Assembly (NCBI GenBank): GCA_934660865.1 | Contig: CAKUIA010000019.1 | Location: 15,720-47,719, forward strand | Reading direction: 5' to 3' | From: an uncultured Opitutales bacterium | Lineage (GTDB): Bacteria > Verrucomicrobiota > Verrucomicrobiia > Opitutales > Intestinicryptomonadaceae | DNA: 32,000 nucleotides | Part shown: in pieces, positions 1 to 7,916 of the stretch | Numbering within the stretch: position 1 is the first letter of the stretch | Layout: each line of letters starts with the position of its first letter | The notes under the pieces: generated by a model | Database searches by the model: none | Seen by the model: the letters and a program-made list of their open reading frames with translations, nothing else | What the model was told of the DNA's origin: nothing | Program-made: the position numbers and the translations under genes

Positions 1-777
1 AATGTTTCTAAAGCCCTTTACAGACCCCGTGCCAAACTTTATAAAGTTGCAGTTCGAAGCCAATATGCAGTTTGTTACCGTTATGTTTTCAATCATAAAA
101 TCTTCGTCTTCGCTTTTAAAGCAAAGGGCGTCGTCGTCGGTATCCACAATGCAGTTGCTTATTACAACGTTTTTGCTTTCTATGTCGAAGCCGTCGTTGT
201 TGAAATTTACGTGCGAATAGATTTTAATGCCGTCCACTTTTACCGTGTCGCAGCTTTGCATTCTAAACGACCAAAACGCCGAGCTTTTAAGCGTAATGCC
301 AGAAACTTTCATATTCTTAGAATCGCGCATAAACAGGGCTATTGGGCGGCCCTCGGTGTTGTCCTTTTCCAGGAAGCTAAGGCCGTTGCCGTTAATTTCG
401 CCCATGCCTTCAATCGAAACGTTTTCGACCTTGTCGCACATAATAAGGGCTTTGTAGAACTTTTGCGAGGCAAGCACGCCGTGGCCTACAACGGGATAGT
501 TGTCGCGGCCCTCCACGCCCAGGATAACGCTGTTGCGCTCGAGGTGCAGCGTTACATTGCTTTTAAGATATATTGTAGACGTTTTAAACACGCCCTCGGG
601 AACGATAACCTTGCCGCCGCCGCTTTTTGCACATTCGTCTATCGCGCTTTGCAGCGCCTTTGTGCAAAGGGTTTTGCCGTCGGGCACGGCGTTAAAGTCG
701 CCAACAACGTTTACGGTGCGGGCCCACAGCGAAAACGCGGCCGCCAGTATGGATAGTGTAAGTGTAAGTTTTTTCAT
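1..777 (-). CDS. Glycoside hydrolase family 28 (polygalacturonase-like), first 259 codons; the C-terminus lies beyond the left edge
   Basis: Absent from the supplied ORF track because there is no stop in the window. My own reverse-complement translation from the ATG at 775-777 gives MKKLTLTLSILAAAFSLWARTVNVVGDFNAVPDGKTLCTKALQSAIDECAKSGGGKVIVPEGVFKTSTIYLKSNVTLHLE... It has a Sec signal peptide and a parallel beta-helix repeat pattern. NNDGFD and DTDDDALCFKS match the GH28 N-x-D-G-x-D and D-D-C catalytic boxes. The start is 4 nt after the stop of the upstream CE7 gene. Confidence 0.8.
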   Translation of the reverse strand, partial: MKKLTLTLSILAAAFSLWARTVNVVGDFNAVPDGKTLCTKALQSAIDECAKSGGGKVIVPEGVFKTSTIYLKSNVTLHLERNSVILGVEGRDNYPVVGHGVLASQKFYKALIMCDKVENVSIEGMGEINGNGLSFLEKDNTEGRPIALFMRDSKNMKVSGITLKSSAFWSFRMQSCDTVKVDGIKIYSHVNFNNDGFDIESKNVVISNCIVDTDDDALCFKSEDEDFMIENITVTNCILASNCNFIKFGTGSVKGFRNI

Positions 778-781
778 ATTC

Positions 782-2056
782 CTATTTTTTAAGACCTAAG
801 TGTTTTAAAATAAATTCGTGCTCTTGTTTGAAAAATTCGGGAGTTCTGTCGTGCGGAGTGTTTTGCATTGTCATATACGATTTTTTGCCGCCGTAGTTGT
901 TGTACATTGCCATTATCGAGCTGGGCGAACACGTTTCGTCCAAAAGCCCTATGGCCACAAACATTTCGGCCTTGGCCTTGGCTCCCAGCAGCGCCATGTC
1001 GTAATATTTCGAAACTTCGTTGGTTTCGCTTTGGCGCTTGTCGTTTACCCAGAAAGGCCAGGCCGACCTGCGGGCCTTGTATACGCTGCCCAAGTCGCAC
1101 ATTGCGGGGGCGGCCGGGCAAATTGCGGTAATCTTGTCGGACAAATACGCCGCCATTACCGACTGCGCTCCCCCCTGGCTAAACCCGTGAACTACAAAGT
1201 GTTTTTTGTCGAAATTCGGGTGGTTTTCAACGGCCTTTAAAACCGAATAAAGCCTTTTAAACATTCCGTAAAAATATATTTGGGTTGGGTCGCCGTCTTT
1301 TACGCCGATTTGGTTGTAGCGTTTCAGAGCGCCGTTTCGCGCCGAATTTATCTCGTCGGCGGAGGCGTTGTAAAAGAACGGGTGCGGATTAAGGGTTATG
1401 CTTAAAGCCCCAAGCTTTGCGTATTTTACGGCGTCGTGCACGTTTGCCGAAAATGTGCCCGCCCCGTATACCGTAAGTATTGCAGGCAGCTTTTTAGAGC
1501 CTTTTGGCTTTGCCAAATAGCCCGAAGCCCTTACGGGCTCGGGCGAGCCTATTTCGCCGCCGCCCAAATCTATCACATAGCCGTAAAGCTCTACCGGGCC
1601 CTCGTCCCTAATTTTTGTAAGCGAGAATTTAAGCGGATATTTTGAAAGCTCTTTCTTTGCGTTGTTCCAAAACTCGTCGGTGTCTTCGGCCGGCGTGTTT
1701 GCGGGCAAAATCCTTTCGGGGGAAACTAGCACGCCGTTTCCGTTTAAGTGTTTTTTTGCGGCGGGCGAATTTTTTTCGACCGCGTTTTCGGCGGTAAATA
1801 TAACCGCGCCGCACTCTTTGGGCAAAACCGAAGCCCTGCCCGATTCCAGCGAGCCTTCGGCCGCCTTATAGCCGTTTATTTTTGCCGACCACGAAGCGGT
1901 TTTAGGACAGTCTTGCACCGTAAACTCCACGGGGCTGCCCGCAGTCGCAATGTCGTTTTTTGCGTTGTTTTTAACCGATATTTCGGCGTTTAGCGTAAAC
2001 GCGGCAAAAACCAGCGCCGCCAGCGAAAATATATACCTTTTTACTGCAATCATCAT
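782..2056 (-). CDS. Secreted acetyl-xylan esterase / cephalosporin-C deacetylase family (CE7, AXE1-like) with an extra N-terminal domain
   Basis: 424-aa ORF with a signal-peptide-like N-terminus (MMIAVKRYIFSLAALVFAAFTLNA). It has DEFW, the nucleophile elbow HGFSQGG, and a C-terminal GLLDETCSPSS..YNNYGG..H pattern as in CE7 esterases. About 110 extra residues precede the esterase core. Confidence 0.82.
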   Translation of the reverse strand: MMIAVKRYIFSLAALVFAAFTLNAEISVKNNAKNDIATAGSPVEFTVQDCPKTASWSAKINGYKAAEGSLESGRASVLPKECGAVIFTAENAVEKNSPAAKKHLNGNGVLVSPERILPANTPAEDTDEFWNNAKKELSKYPLKFSLTKIRDEGPVELYGYVIDLGGGEIGSPEPVRASGYLAKPKGSKKLPAILTVYGAGTFSANVHDAVKYAKLGALSITLNPHPFFYNASADEINSARNGALKRYNQIGVKDGDPTQIYFYGMFKRLYSVLKAVENHPNFDKKHFVVHGFSQGGAQSVMAAYLSDKITAICPAAPAMCDLGSVYKARRSAWPFWVNDKRQSETNEVSKYYDMALLGAKAKAEMFVAIGLLDETCSPSSIMAMYNNYGGKKSYMTMQNTPHDRTPEFFKQEHEFILKHLGLKK

Positions 2057-2207
2057 ATATGTGAAATTTTGTTAAAGGCCTAAAATTAACAGGCGGACAC
2101 TGCAAATTCAAGCATTTTAACAAAGCTATACTTAACTTACATAAAACAAGATTGCCTGTAAACAAAAAACCGAAATTTGCCCGCAATAAAGCGGCCGGCA
2201 AAACGCC

Positions 2208-3584
2208 CTACATCGACGACTTTCTTGCGGTATATTTCAAAGACTCGGCAATTTCGGGCAGGGTATTGTCTTTTTTGCAGTAAATTGCCCTTGCAATTTT
2301 CCTGATAGAGGGCCTGAAATACTCGAAAACAAGCGCGCTTACAACGCATATTGCGCCCGCAACAAAAAGCACCCATTCCATGCCGAACATCTTCGACAAA
2401 TAGCCCTGCAAAAGGCTGCCCAAGGGCTGCATACCGAAAAAGCACATTGTAAAAAGGCTCATAATGCGCCCTCTTTTGTTGTCGTCTACCAAACTCTGCA
2501 AAAGAGTATTGCACGACGCCGTTGTGGCTATAAGCCCGAAGCCCATAGGCACGCAAAAGAAGTATGTTAGCGGCATATTGCTTGAAAGCGAAACAACCAT
2601 AATGCCTACACCCAGCATGCCCGACGAAAGCGTTATAAGCTTGCCCAGGCCCAACACGCTTTTGCGCGACGCCAAATATAGCGAAGACGCCAACGAGCCC
2701 AAACCTATAAGGCTCATCATATTGCCCAAAATTTCGCTGCCGCCGCCGAAACGGCCTACAAAGGCGGGCAAAAGCATCGGCAGCGGCGCGCCCCAAAAGC
2801 AGACGGTTGCAAGCAAAATAAGCAGCGCCCTAATCGGCAAAACCGACTTTGCATACGAAATTCCCTCTTTTATCTGCGCTATTGCGTTTGCATTGGAAAC
2901 CCCTTTGGGCTTTGTGTCGGCGTTAATCATAAACAGGGCAATCAATGTAGCCCAATAGGTTATAAAATTTATGGTAAAGCACGCCGTTTCGCCTACGGTT
3001 GCCACAATAACGCCGCCTACCGCAGGGCCTATAAATTTTGTCCCGTTAATGGCTGTGGCGTTAAGCGCAATGGCGTTGCTTAGGTCTTCGGGCGGAACAA
3101 GCTTTGAGTATATCGACTGCCTTGTGGGGGCGTCGAAGCTAACCGTTATGCCGAATGCGAGCGAAATTGCCAAAATCCAGAAAAGGTTTACAAACCCCGT
3201 ATACGTTAGCACCGCCAACATTGCCGACATAACCATAAACGCCGACTGCGTGCACAACAAAACCTTTTTGCGGTCGAACCTGTCGGCAACTACGCCCGCA
3301 AAGGGCGTTATAAACAAAACGGGAATTTGCGTTAAAAACACCGACAAGCTAAGCAGAAAAACCGAATCCGTAATTTTATAAACCAAATAGCCCATAGCAA
3401 CCTGCTGCATCCACGAGCCCAAAAGGGTTATAAACTGCCCCGAAAAATACAGCGCAAAATTGCGGTTGCGCAACGCTTTAAACGTGTATTTAAAGATTGC
3501 CGCATTGCGGGGGACAAGCTCTTTTATGCCCGTTTTTCCCCACCTATATGCGTGTTGCGGTGTGCTGTTGCTGCTGTATTTCAT
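2208..3584 (-). CDS. MFS transporter (MFS_3 / EntS-like exporter family)
   Basis: 458-aa ORF with about 12 hydrophobic segments. MFS motif A (GVVADRFDRKKV) lies between TM2 and TM3. Confidence 0.85.
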   Translation of the reverse strand: MKYSSNSTPQHAYRWGKTGIKELVPRNAAIFKYTFKALRNRNFALYFSGQFITLLGSWMQQVAMGYLVYKITDSVFLLSLSVFLTQIPVLFITPFAGVVADRFDRKKVLLCTQSAFMVMSAMLAVLTYTGFVNLFWILAISLAFGITVSFDAPTRQSIYSKLVPPEDLSNAIALNATAINGTKFIGPAVGGVIVATVGETACFTINFITYWATLIALFMINADTKPKGVSNANAIAQIKEGISYAKSVLPIRALLILLATVCFWGAPLPMLLPAFVGRFGGGSEILGNMMSLIGLGSLASSLYLASRKSVLGLGKLITLSSGMLGVGIMVVSLSSNMPLTYFFCVPMGFGLIATTASCNTLLQSLVDDNKRGRIMSLFTMCFFGMQPLGSLLQGYLSKMFGMEWVLFVAGAICVVSALVFEYFRPSIRKIARAIYCKKDNTLPEIAESLKYTARKSSM

Positions 3585-3591
3585 CGTTCAA

Positions 3592-3636
3592 TAAAAAAAC
3601 GGCATATCGACAGATTGGATAAGTCGAAACGCCGTT
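3592..3636 (-). terminator. Interrupted hairpin with a U-tract after topB, ending only 8 nt before the MFS start codon
   Basis: On the minus strand: ACGGC-gtt-TCGAC-[11-nt loop]-GTCGA-tat-GCCGT followed by TTTTTTT. The plus strand also carries a T5 run after the stem. Confidence 0.55.
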
Positions 3637-3663
3637 TTTATAGAATTTATGTTGCGTAAAAAA

Positions 3664-6258
3664 CTATTCGGCGTCGGCCTTTTTTACCCTTTTAACAGTG
3701 CTTTTCTTTGCGGGTTTTTTGGCGGTAGCCTTTGCAGCCTTTTTTTCGGCTGCGGGCTTTGCCGCCCTCGGCAAAAATTCGAAAGATACGCCGCCCTTTT
3801 CGTTCAAAACCAAAAATGCCGAAAACTTTTTGTTTGTGCGCTTCGACACAAAGTCTTCTATAAGGGGTGTTTTGCCCTTTTCTATAAGCTCTTTAACTTC
3901 GGCGTTTTCGAATTTGTGCGAAAGCATTGTTTTGCCGAGTCTGAAGGCGTCTTTTAAAATTGCGCCGTCTTTTACGCACACATACGAGGTGGGCGTTTCG
4001 ACAACAACCGAACCTTCGCCGTTTTTAATGGAGCCTGGGCAGTTCCCCAAAACCTCGGCTGTAGACAAGTCGAAGTCGGCGGGTGTTTGCTCGGCCGAAG
4101 TTTCCTTTGAATTGGGAAATTCGAATTTAATCTTCAGGCTGTCGTCTATATAGAGGCTCGCGTCATAGGGTTTGCCGGTTTTGTTGCTTTTAAAACCGGT
4201 AAGCGGGCCAATTCTTTTGTTTACAACCAGCTGTCTAACTTCGTCTTTCGACAGCTTTCGGTTGCCTATTGTCTTGTAGATTTGGAATAGGCCGTCTTTT
4301 GATTTGTACGACCTAAAAGTTTCAAGCAATGTACCGTCTCCCGAAGGGGAGGGAATGTCGGTGGGCTGAACGTCCGCATCGGCCTCGTTAAAATTTTTTG
4401 TGACTTCGACAATATGCGTAGTCATATCGGATATCCCGTGCATAAAATCTTTTCTTGTTAGTTCTTTTTTCTCGATAAGCCTGAGTTTATGCTCCCAGTC
4501 TCCCGTAAGGGCGGGGCTTGTAAGCTCGTTAACCCCAACGGTTTTAAGAAATGTTATAAATGTTTGCGCCTTAACAGTGGGCAACAAGTCGCGTTTTTGC
4601 CTTTCCACAAATTTGTGGGATATAAGCGTTTCGATAATCTGCGCGCGCGTGGCTGGCGTTCCCAAGCCCTTTTCCTTCATGGCTTCGGCAAGCTCCTCGT
4701 CGTCTACAAGTTTGCCGGCCGTTTCCATTGCGGTAAGCAAAGTGGCTTCGGTATAGCGCGGGGGTGCTTTTGTAAACTCCTCCTCTATTCTGCCCTCGCC
4801 TACGGCGGCGTTTTCGCTGTCGGCCGCCAAAGCGGGCAATATGGCGGTACTTTCGCCCTTTTTGCCCGAATTATCGTCGGCAACGTCGTCTACCGACTGC
4901 TTGTTGTAAACTTCCAAAAAGCCTGCCGATTTTAAAACCTTGCCTTCGCTTTTAAAAAGGTGTCCGTCGCAAGACGTAGAGCGCACGGTAACGTCGAAAA
5001 CCGCTTCGGGATAGAACGCCGCAATAAACCTGCGGGCAATCATATCGTAAATCTTGGCCTCGTCGGGGCTTAGTTTGCCCGAATTTAGCCCTGTGGGAAT
5101 TATCGCAAAGTGGTCGCTTACCTGCTTGTTGTTGAAAATCTTTTTATTGAAAAAGTTTACATACTTTTCGTCCAAAGCGCGCTGCGCAAAGGGCTTGTAT
5201 TCGCCCTGCAAAGACGAAAGCGTGCGCAAAACCACGTTGCCGTAGTCTTCGGGCAAAGCCCTTGAATCGGTACGCGGATACGTTACCATTTTGTGCTTTT
5301 CGTACAGACTTTGCGTCAGGCTTAGCGTTTTGCCCGCGGGGAACGAAAACCTGTTGTTGGCCTCCCTCTGCAAAGTGGTAAGGTCGTACAAGCGCGGGGC
5401 TGCGCGCTTAGACTGGGTTTTCTTGTCGGTGGCAACAACGCTTTTGGCGTTTAGGGCTTCGTTCAGGATTTTCTCGGCCTGGGCATAGTCCCAAACGCGG
5501 TCGGCCTTGTCGGGAGAATCCTTGTCGGCCTTAAAGTCGGGCTTAATGTACACTCCAGTGTATTCGCCGTTGGCAACCTTAAAGTCGGCCAAAATTTTCC
5601 AGAACTTTTTGGGCTGGAAAGCCTCTATTTGCTCCTGGCGCTCGACAATCATGGCAAGGGTGGGCGTTTGAACGCGGCCTACGCTTACCATTTCCTTTAC
5701 GCGGCTGCCGTACATTCGGGTAGTTACCGCCCTTGTTCCGTTAATGCCTATAAGCCAGTCGGCCTCGCTTCGGCAGCGGGCGGCGTCTTGCAGCGACTCC
5801 ATTTCGTCCTGGCTTCGCAGATTTGCAAAAGCCTCTCTAATGGCGTCGGGCGTCATCGAAGAAAACCACAAACGCATGCGCTGTTTTTTACATTTGCAGA
5901 TTTCGTAAACGTATGTAAAGATAAGTTCGCCCTCTCGGCCCGCATCGCAGGCGTTGTACAACACGTCTATATCGGGGCGGCCCATCAGCGATTTTAGGGA
6001 TTTTAGCTTCGGCTTTGTCTTTTCTATCGCCTTAAGGGTGAATTTTTCGGGAATGATGGGCAAGGTAGCCATGCTCCAGCGGGCGTATTTTTTGTCGATG
6101 TCGGCGGGCATGCAAAGTTCGACAAGATGGCCGACCGCCGACGAAACGACAAACTCGTCGTTTTCGTAGTAGTCGTCTATTTTGCGCATCTTGCCGAGCA
6201 CGCGCGCTATATCGGCCGCAACGCTCGGTTTTTCGGCTATAACAAGCTTTTTCATCAA
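3664..6258 (-). CDS. topB: DNA topoisomerase III (type IA) with two C-terminal Toprim_C-type repeats and a Lys/Ala-rich tail
   Basis: 864-aa ORF with an N-terminal Toprim (LVIAEKPSVAADIA). The active-site Tyr motif VTYPRTDSR is topo III-like. Two 46-aa repeats are present (LSKDEVRQLVVNKRIGPLTGFKSNKTGKPYDASLYIDDSLKIKFEF and FENAEVKELIEKGKTPLIEDFVSKRTNKKFSAFLVLNEKGGVSFEF). The tail reads AAKPAAEKKAAKATAKKPAKK. Confidence 0.88.
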   Translation of the reverse strand: MMKKLVIAEKPSVAADIARVLGKMRKIDDYYENDEFVVSSAVGHLVELCMPADIDKKYARWSMATLPIIPEKFTLKAIEKTKPKLKSLKSLMGRPDIDVLYNACDAGREGELIFTYVYEICKCKKQRMRLWFSSMTPDAIREAFANLRSQDEMESLQDAARCRSEADWLIGINGTRAVTTRMYGSRVKEMVSVGRVQTPTLAMIVERQEQIEAFQPKKFWKILADFKVANGEYTGVYIKPDFKADKDSPDKADRVWDYAQAEKILNEALNAKSVVATDKKTQSKRAAPRLYDLTTLQREANNRFSFPAGKTLSLTQSLYEKHKMVTYPRTDSRALPEDYGNVVLRTLSSLQGEYKPFAQRALDEKYVNFFNKKIFNNKQVSDHFAIIPTGLNSGKLSPDEAKIYDMIARRFIAAFYPEAVFDVTVRSTSCDGHLFKSEGKVLKSAGFLEVYNKQSVDDVADDNSGKKGESTAILPALAADSENAAVGEGRIEEEFTKAPPRYTEATLLTAMETAGKLVDDEELAEAMKEKGLGTPATRAQIIETLISHKFVERQKRDLLPTVKAQTFITFLKTVGVNELTSPALTGDWEHKLRLIEKKELTRKDFMHGISDMTTHIVEVTKNFNEADADVQPTDIPSPSGDGTLLETFRSYKSKDGLFQIYKTIGNRKLSKDEVRQLVVNKRIGPLTGFKSNKTGKPYDASLYIDDSLKIKFEFPNSKETSAEQTPADFDLSTAEVLGNCPGSIKNGEGSVVVETPTSYVCVKDGAILKDAFRLGKTMLSHKFENAEVKELIEKGKTPLIEDFVSKRTNKKFSAFLVLNEKGGVSFEFLPRAAKPAAEKKAAKATAKKPAKKSTVKRVKKADAE

Positions 6259-6272
6259 TCCCGAAAGATAAA

Positions 6273-7352
6273 CTACTTAATAAATTCGGGCAAAACCGAA
6301 TCCAAAGCGGCTATCAATTCTTCGATAGTTTCCTTTGTTTCGTCGCCCATATTGGAAATGCGGAATGTCGTTCCCTTAATTTTTCCGTAGCCGCCGTTTA
6401 TTATCATACCCGTGCGCTTCTTTAATTCGGAAACAAAGCCCGCCATGTCAATGTTAAGGTTGTTTTTAAAGCAGTTTAGCGTTACCGACGAGTATTTTTC
6501 TTCGGGGAAAAGCTCGAAGCCCTTAGAATAGCCCCAGTCGCGGACCATCTTGTTCGTGGCAATGTGGCGCGCGTATCTGTGTTCGAGGCCTTCGGCGAAG
6601 ATTTCGTCGAGCTTGCTTTTCAAAGCCAAAATCAGCGAAATTACGGGAGTCGACGGAGTCATACCCTTTTCGTAGTTCTTTTGGAATTCCAAAAAGTCGA
6701 AATAGTAGCCGCGGTTGGGAACTTCTTTTGCCCTATCCAAAGCCTTTTGCGAAACCGAGCAAAACGACAATCCCGGGGGAATGGCCAAGGCCTTTTGGCA
6801 GCCCGTTACCATAACGTCTATGCCCAATTCGTCTTTCTTAATGGGCATTGCCGAGAAAGAGCTTACCGTGTCGATAATCGAAACAACGTCGGGGAACTGC
6901 CTTATAACTTCCATAAGCGATTTGATGTCGCTCATAGTGCCGGTAGAAGTTTCGTTGTGGATAATGGTAATGGCGTCGTATTTGCCCGTCGACAATTCCT
7001 TGCGAACCGCTTCGGGATCTACGGGTTTGCCCCAGTCGAACGAAAGGAGGGTTGCCTCTTTGCCGTTGCGCTTTGCAACATCGTACCACTTGTCGGAGAA
7101 CGAACCGTTGCCGCAATTTAACACCGCCTTTTTGCAGACGTTGTTTATTGCGCCTTCCATTACGCCCCACGAGCTGCTTGTGCTAAGATATACGGGGTCG
7201 TTCGTGTAGAACAACTGTTTTAGCAAAGGCTGTATGCCGTTGTACAGCGCAACAAATTCCTTGCTGCGGTGCCCCATAATCGGGGTAGTCATAGCCTTAT
7301 AGGTCTTTTCGGATACCTGAATGGGACCGGGAATGAATAGTTTTTCTTTCAT
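6273..7352 (-). CDS. Class-V PLP aminotransferase (alanine-glyoxylate / serine-pyruvate aminotransferase family)
   Basis: 359-aa ORF. The N-terminal LFIPGPIQV, HNETSTG and the PLP-lysine context TGCQKALAIPPG are typical of the AGXT/SPT family. Confidence 0.85.
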   Translation of the reverse strand: MKEKLFIPGPIQVSEKTYKAMTTPIMGHRSKEFVALYNGIQPLLKQLFYTNDPVYLSTSSSWGVMEGAINNVCKKAVLNCGNGSFSDKWYDVAKRNGKEATLLSFDWGKPVDPEAVRKELSTGKYDAITIIHNETSTGTMSDIKSLMEVIRQFPDVVSIIDTVSSFSAMPIKKDELGIDVMVTGCQKALAIPPGLSFCSVSQKALDRAKEVPNRGYYFDFLEFQKNYEKGMTPSTPVISLILALKSKLDEIFAEGLEHRYARHIATNKMVRDWGYSKGFELFPEEKYSSVTLNCFKNNLNIDMAGFVSELKKRTGMIINGGYGKIKGTTFRISNMGDETKETIEELIAALDSVLPEFIK

Positions 7353-7378
7353 ATGTGTTGGTTGGTGTGGTTTGTAAT

Positions 7379-7750
7379 TTAAAATAAAGTGTTAAGCTTT
7401 TTAATTACCTTGGTGTTGTTTTCGGCCAAAGTAGCCGTTCTCGGAACCCAATTTTCGGCGTCCTTTTCGTCTATTTGGGCGAACGACATTATTACAAGCA
7501 AATCGCCCACTTTGCCGAGATGCGCGGCCGCTCCGCGTATGGAAAATGTCTTGCTGCCGGCTTCAGCCGGGATTGCATAAGTTTCGAACCTTGTGCCCGA
7601 ATTTATGTTGCCTACAAGGATTTTTTCGTACGGGTGCATGCCGACAAGTTTCATCAAATCAATGTCTATGGCCAACGAGCCCTCGTAGTCTACCCTTACT
7701 TCGGTTGTAGTTGCACGCAACAACTTACTTTTTAGAACCTGAATTTTCAT
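7379..7750 (-). CDS. panD: Aspartate 1-decarboxylase
   Basis: 123-aa ORF collinear with PanD: LKSKLLRATTT, the self-processing site YEGSLAID, and RFETYAI..GAAAHLGKVGDLLVIMSF. An AAGGAG Shine-Dalgarno lies upstream. Confidence 0.93.
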   Translation of the reverse strand: MKIQVLKSKLLRATTTEVRVDYEGSLAIDIDLMKLVGMHPYEKILVGNINSGTRFETYAIPAEAGSKTFSIRGAAAHLGKVGDLLVIMSFAQIDEKDAENWVPRTATLAENNTKVIKKLNTLF

Positions 7751-7782
7751 TTAACTCCTTTTATGGTTATGAAAATCTACAA

Positions 7783-7829
7783 CTAATATACTTGGGGGGC
7801 TTTTCGTCAACTTTTATTTTGAAAGCGAC
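7783..7829 (-). promoter_or_regulatory. Putative sigma70-type promoter of panD with an A-tract UP-like element
   Basis: Minus strand reads GTCGCTTTCAAAATAAAAG-TTGACG-AAAAGCCCCCCAAGTA-TATTAG. The -35 TTGACG is at 7805-7810. The -10 assignment is uncertain (TATTAG at 16-nt spacing). It shares the extended motif TTGACGAAA(A)GCCCC with the rplM promoter. Confidence 0.45.
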
Positions 7830-7916
7830 TTTTCTACCCCGTAGGGGTAATTTTTTAAAAAGGCATAAAGCCGCGCGCCCCGCTTTGGGTAAAACGGAAA
7901 TAAAATATAGGTAGCG

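Noticed and set aside
211-756. A 181-aa plus-strand ORF (and the neighbouring 72-99-aa ORFs) covering the left end
   Set aside because: It is antisense to the GH28 reading frame. The minus frame gives a motif-bearing, signal-peptide protein. The plus-strand product is Arg/Ala-rich low-information sequence typical of shadow ORFs.
7835-7861. A perfect hairpin TACCCC-GTA-GGGGTA followed by ATTTTTT on the plus strand, between the minus-strand genes recQ and panD
   Set aside because: It has canonical terminator geometry only for the plus strand, where no gene precedes it. On the minus strand the U-tract lies on the wrong side. It may block antisense transcription or be incidental, so I did not call it the recQ terminator. 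The weak candidate AAAGC-10 nt-GCTTT plus ATGCCTTTTT at about 7856-7887 is also unconvincing.
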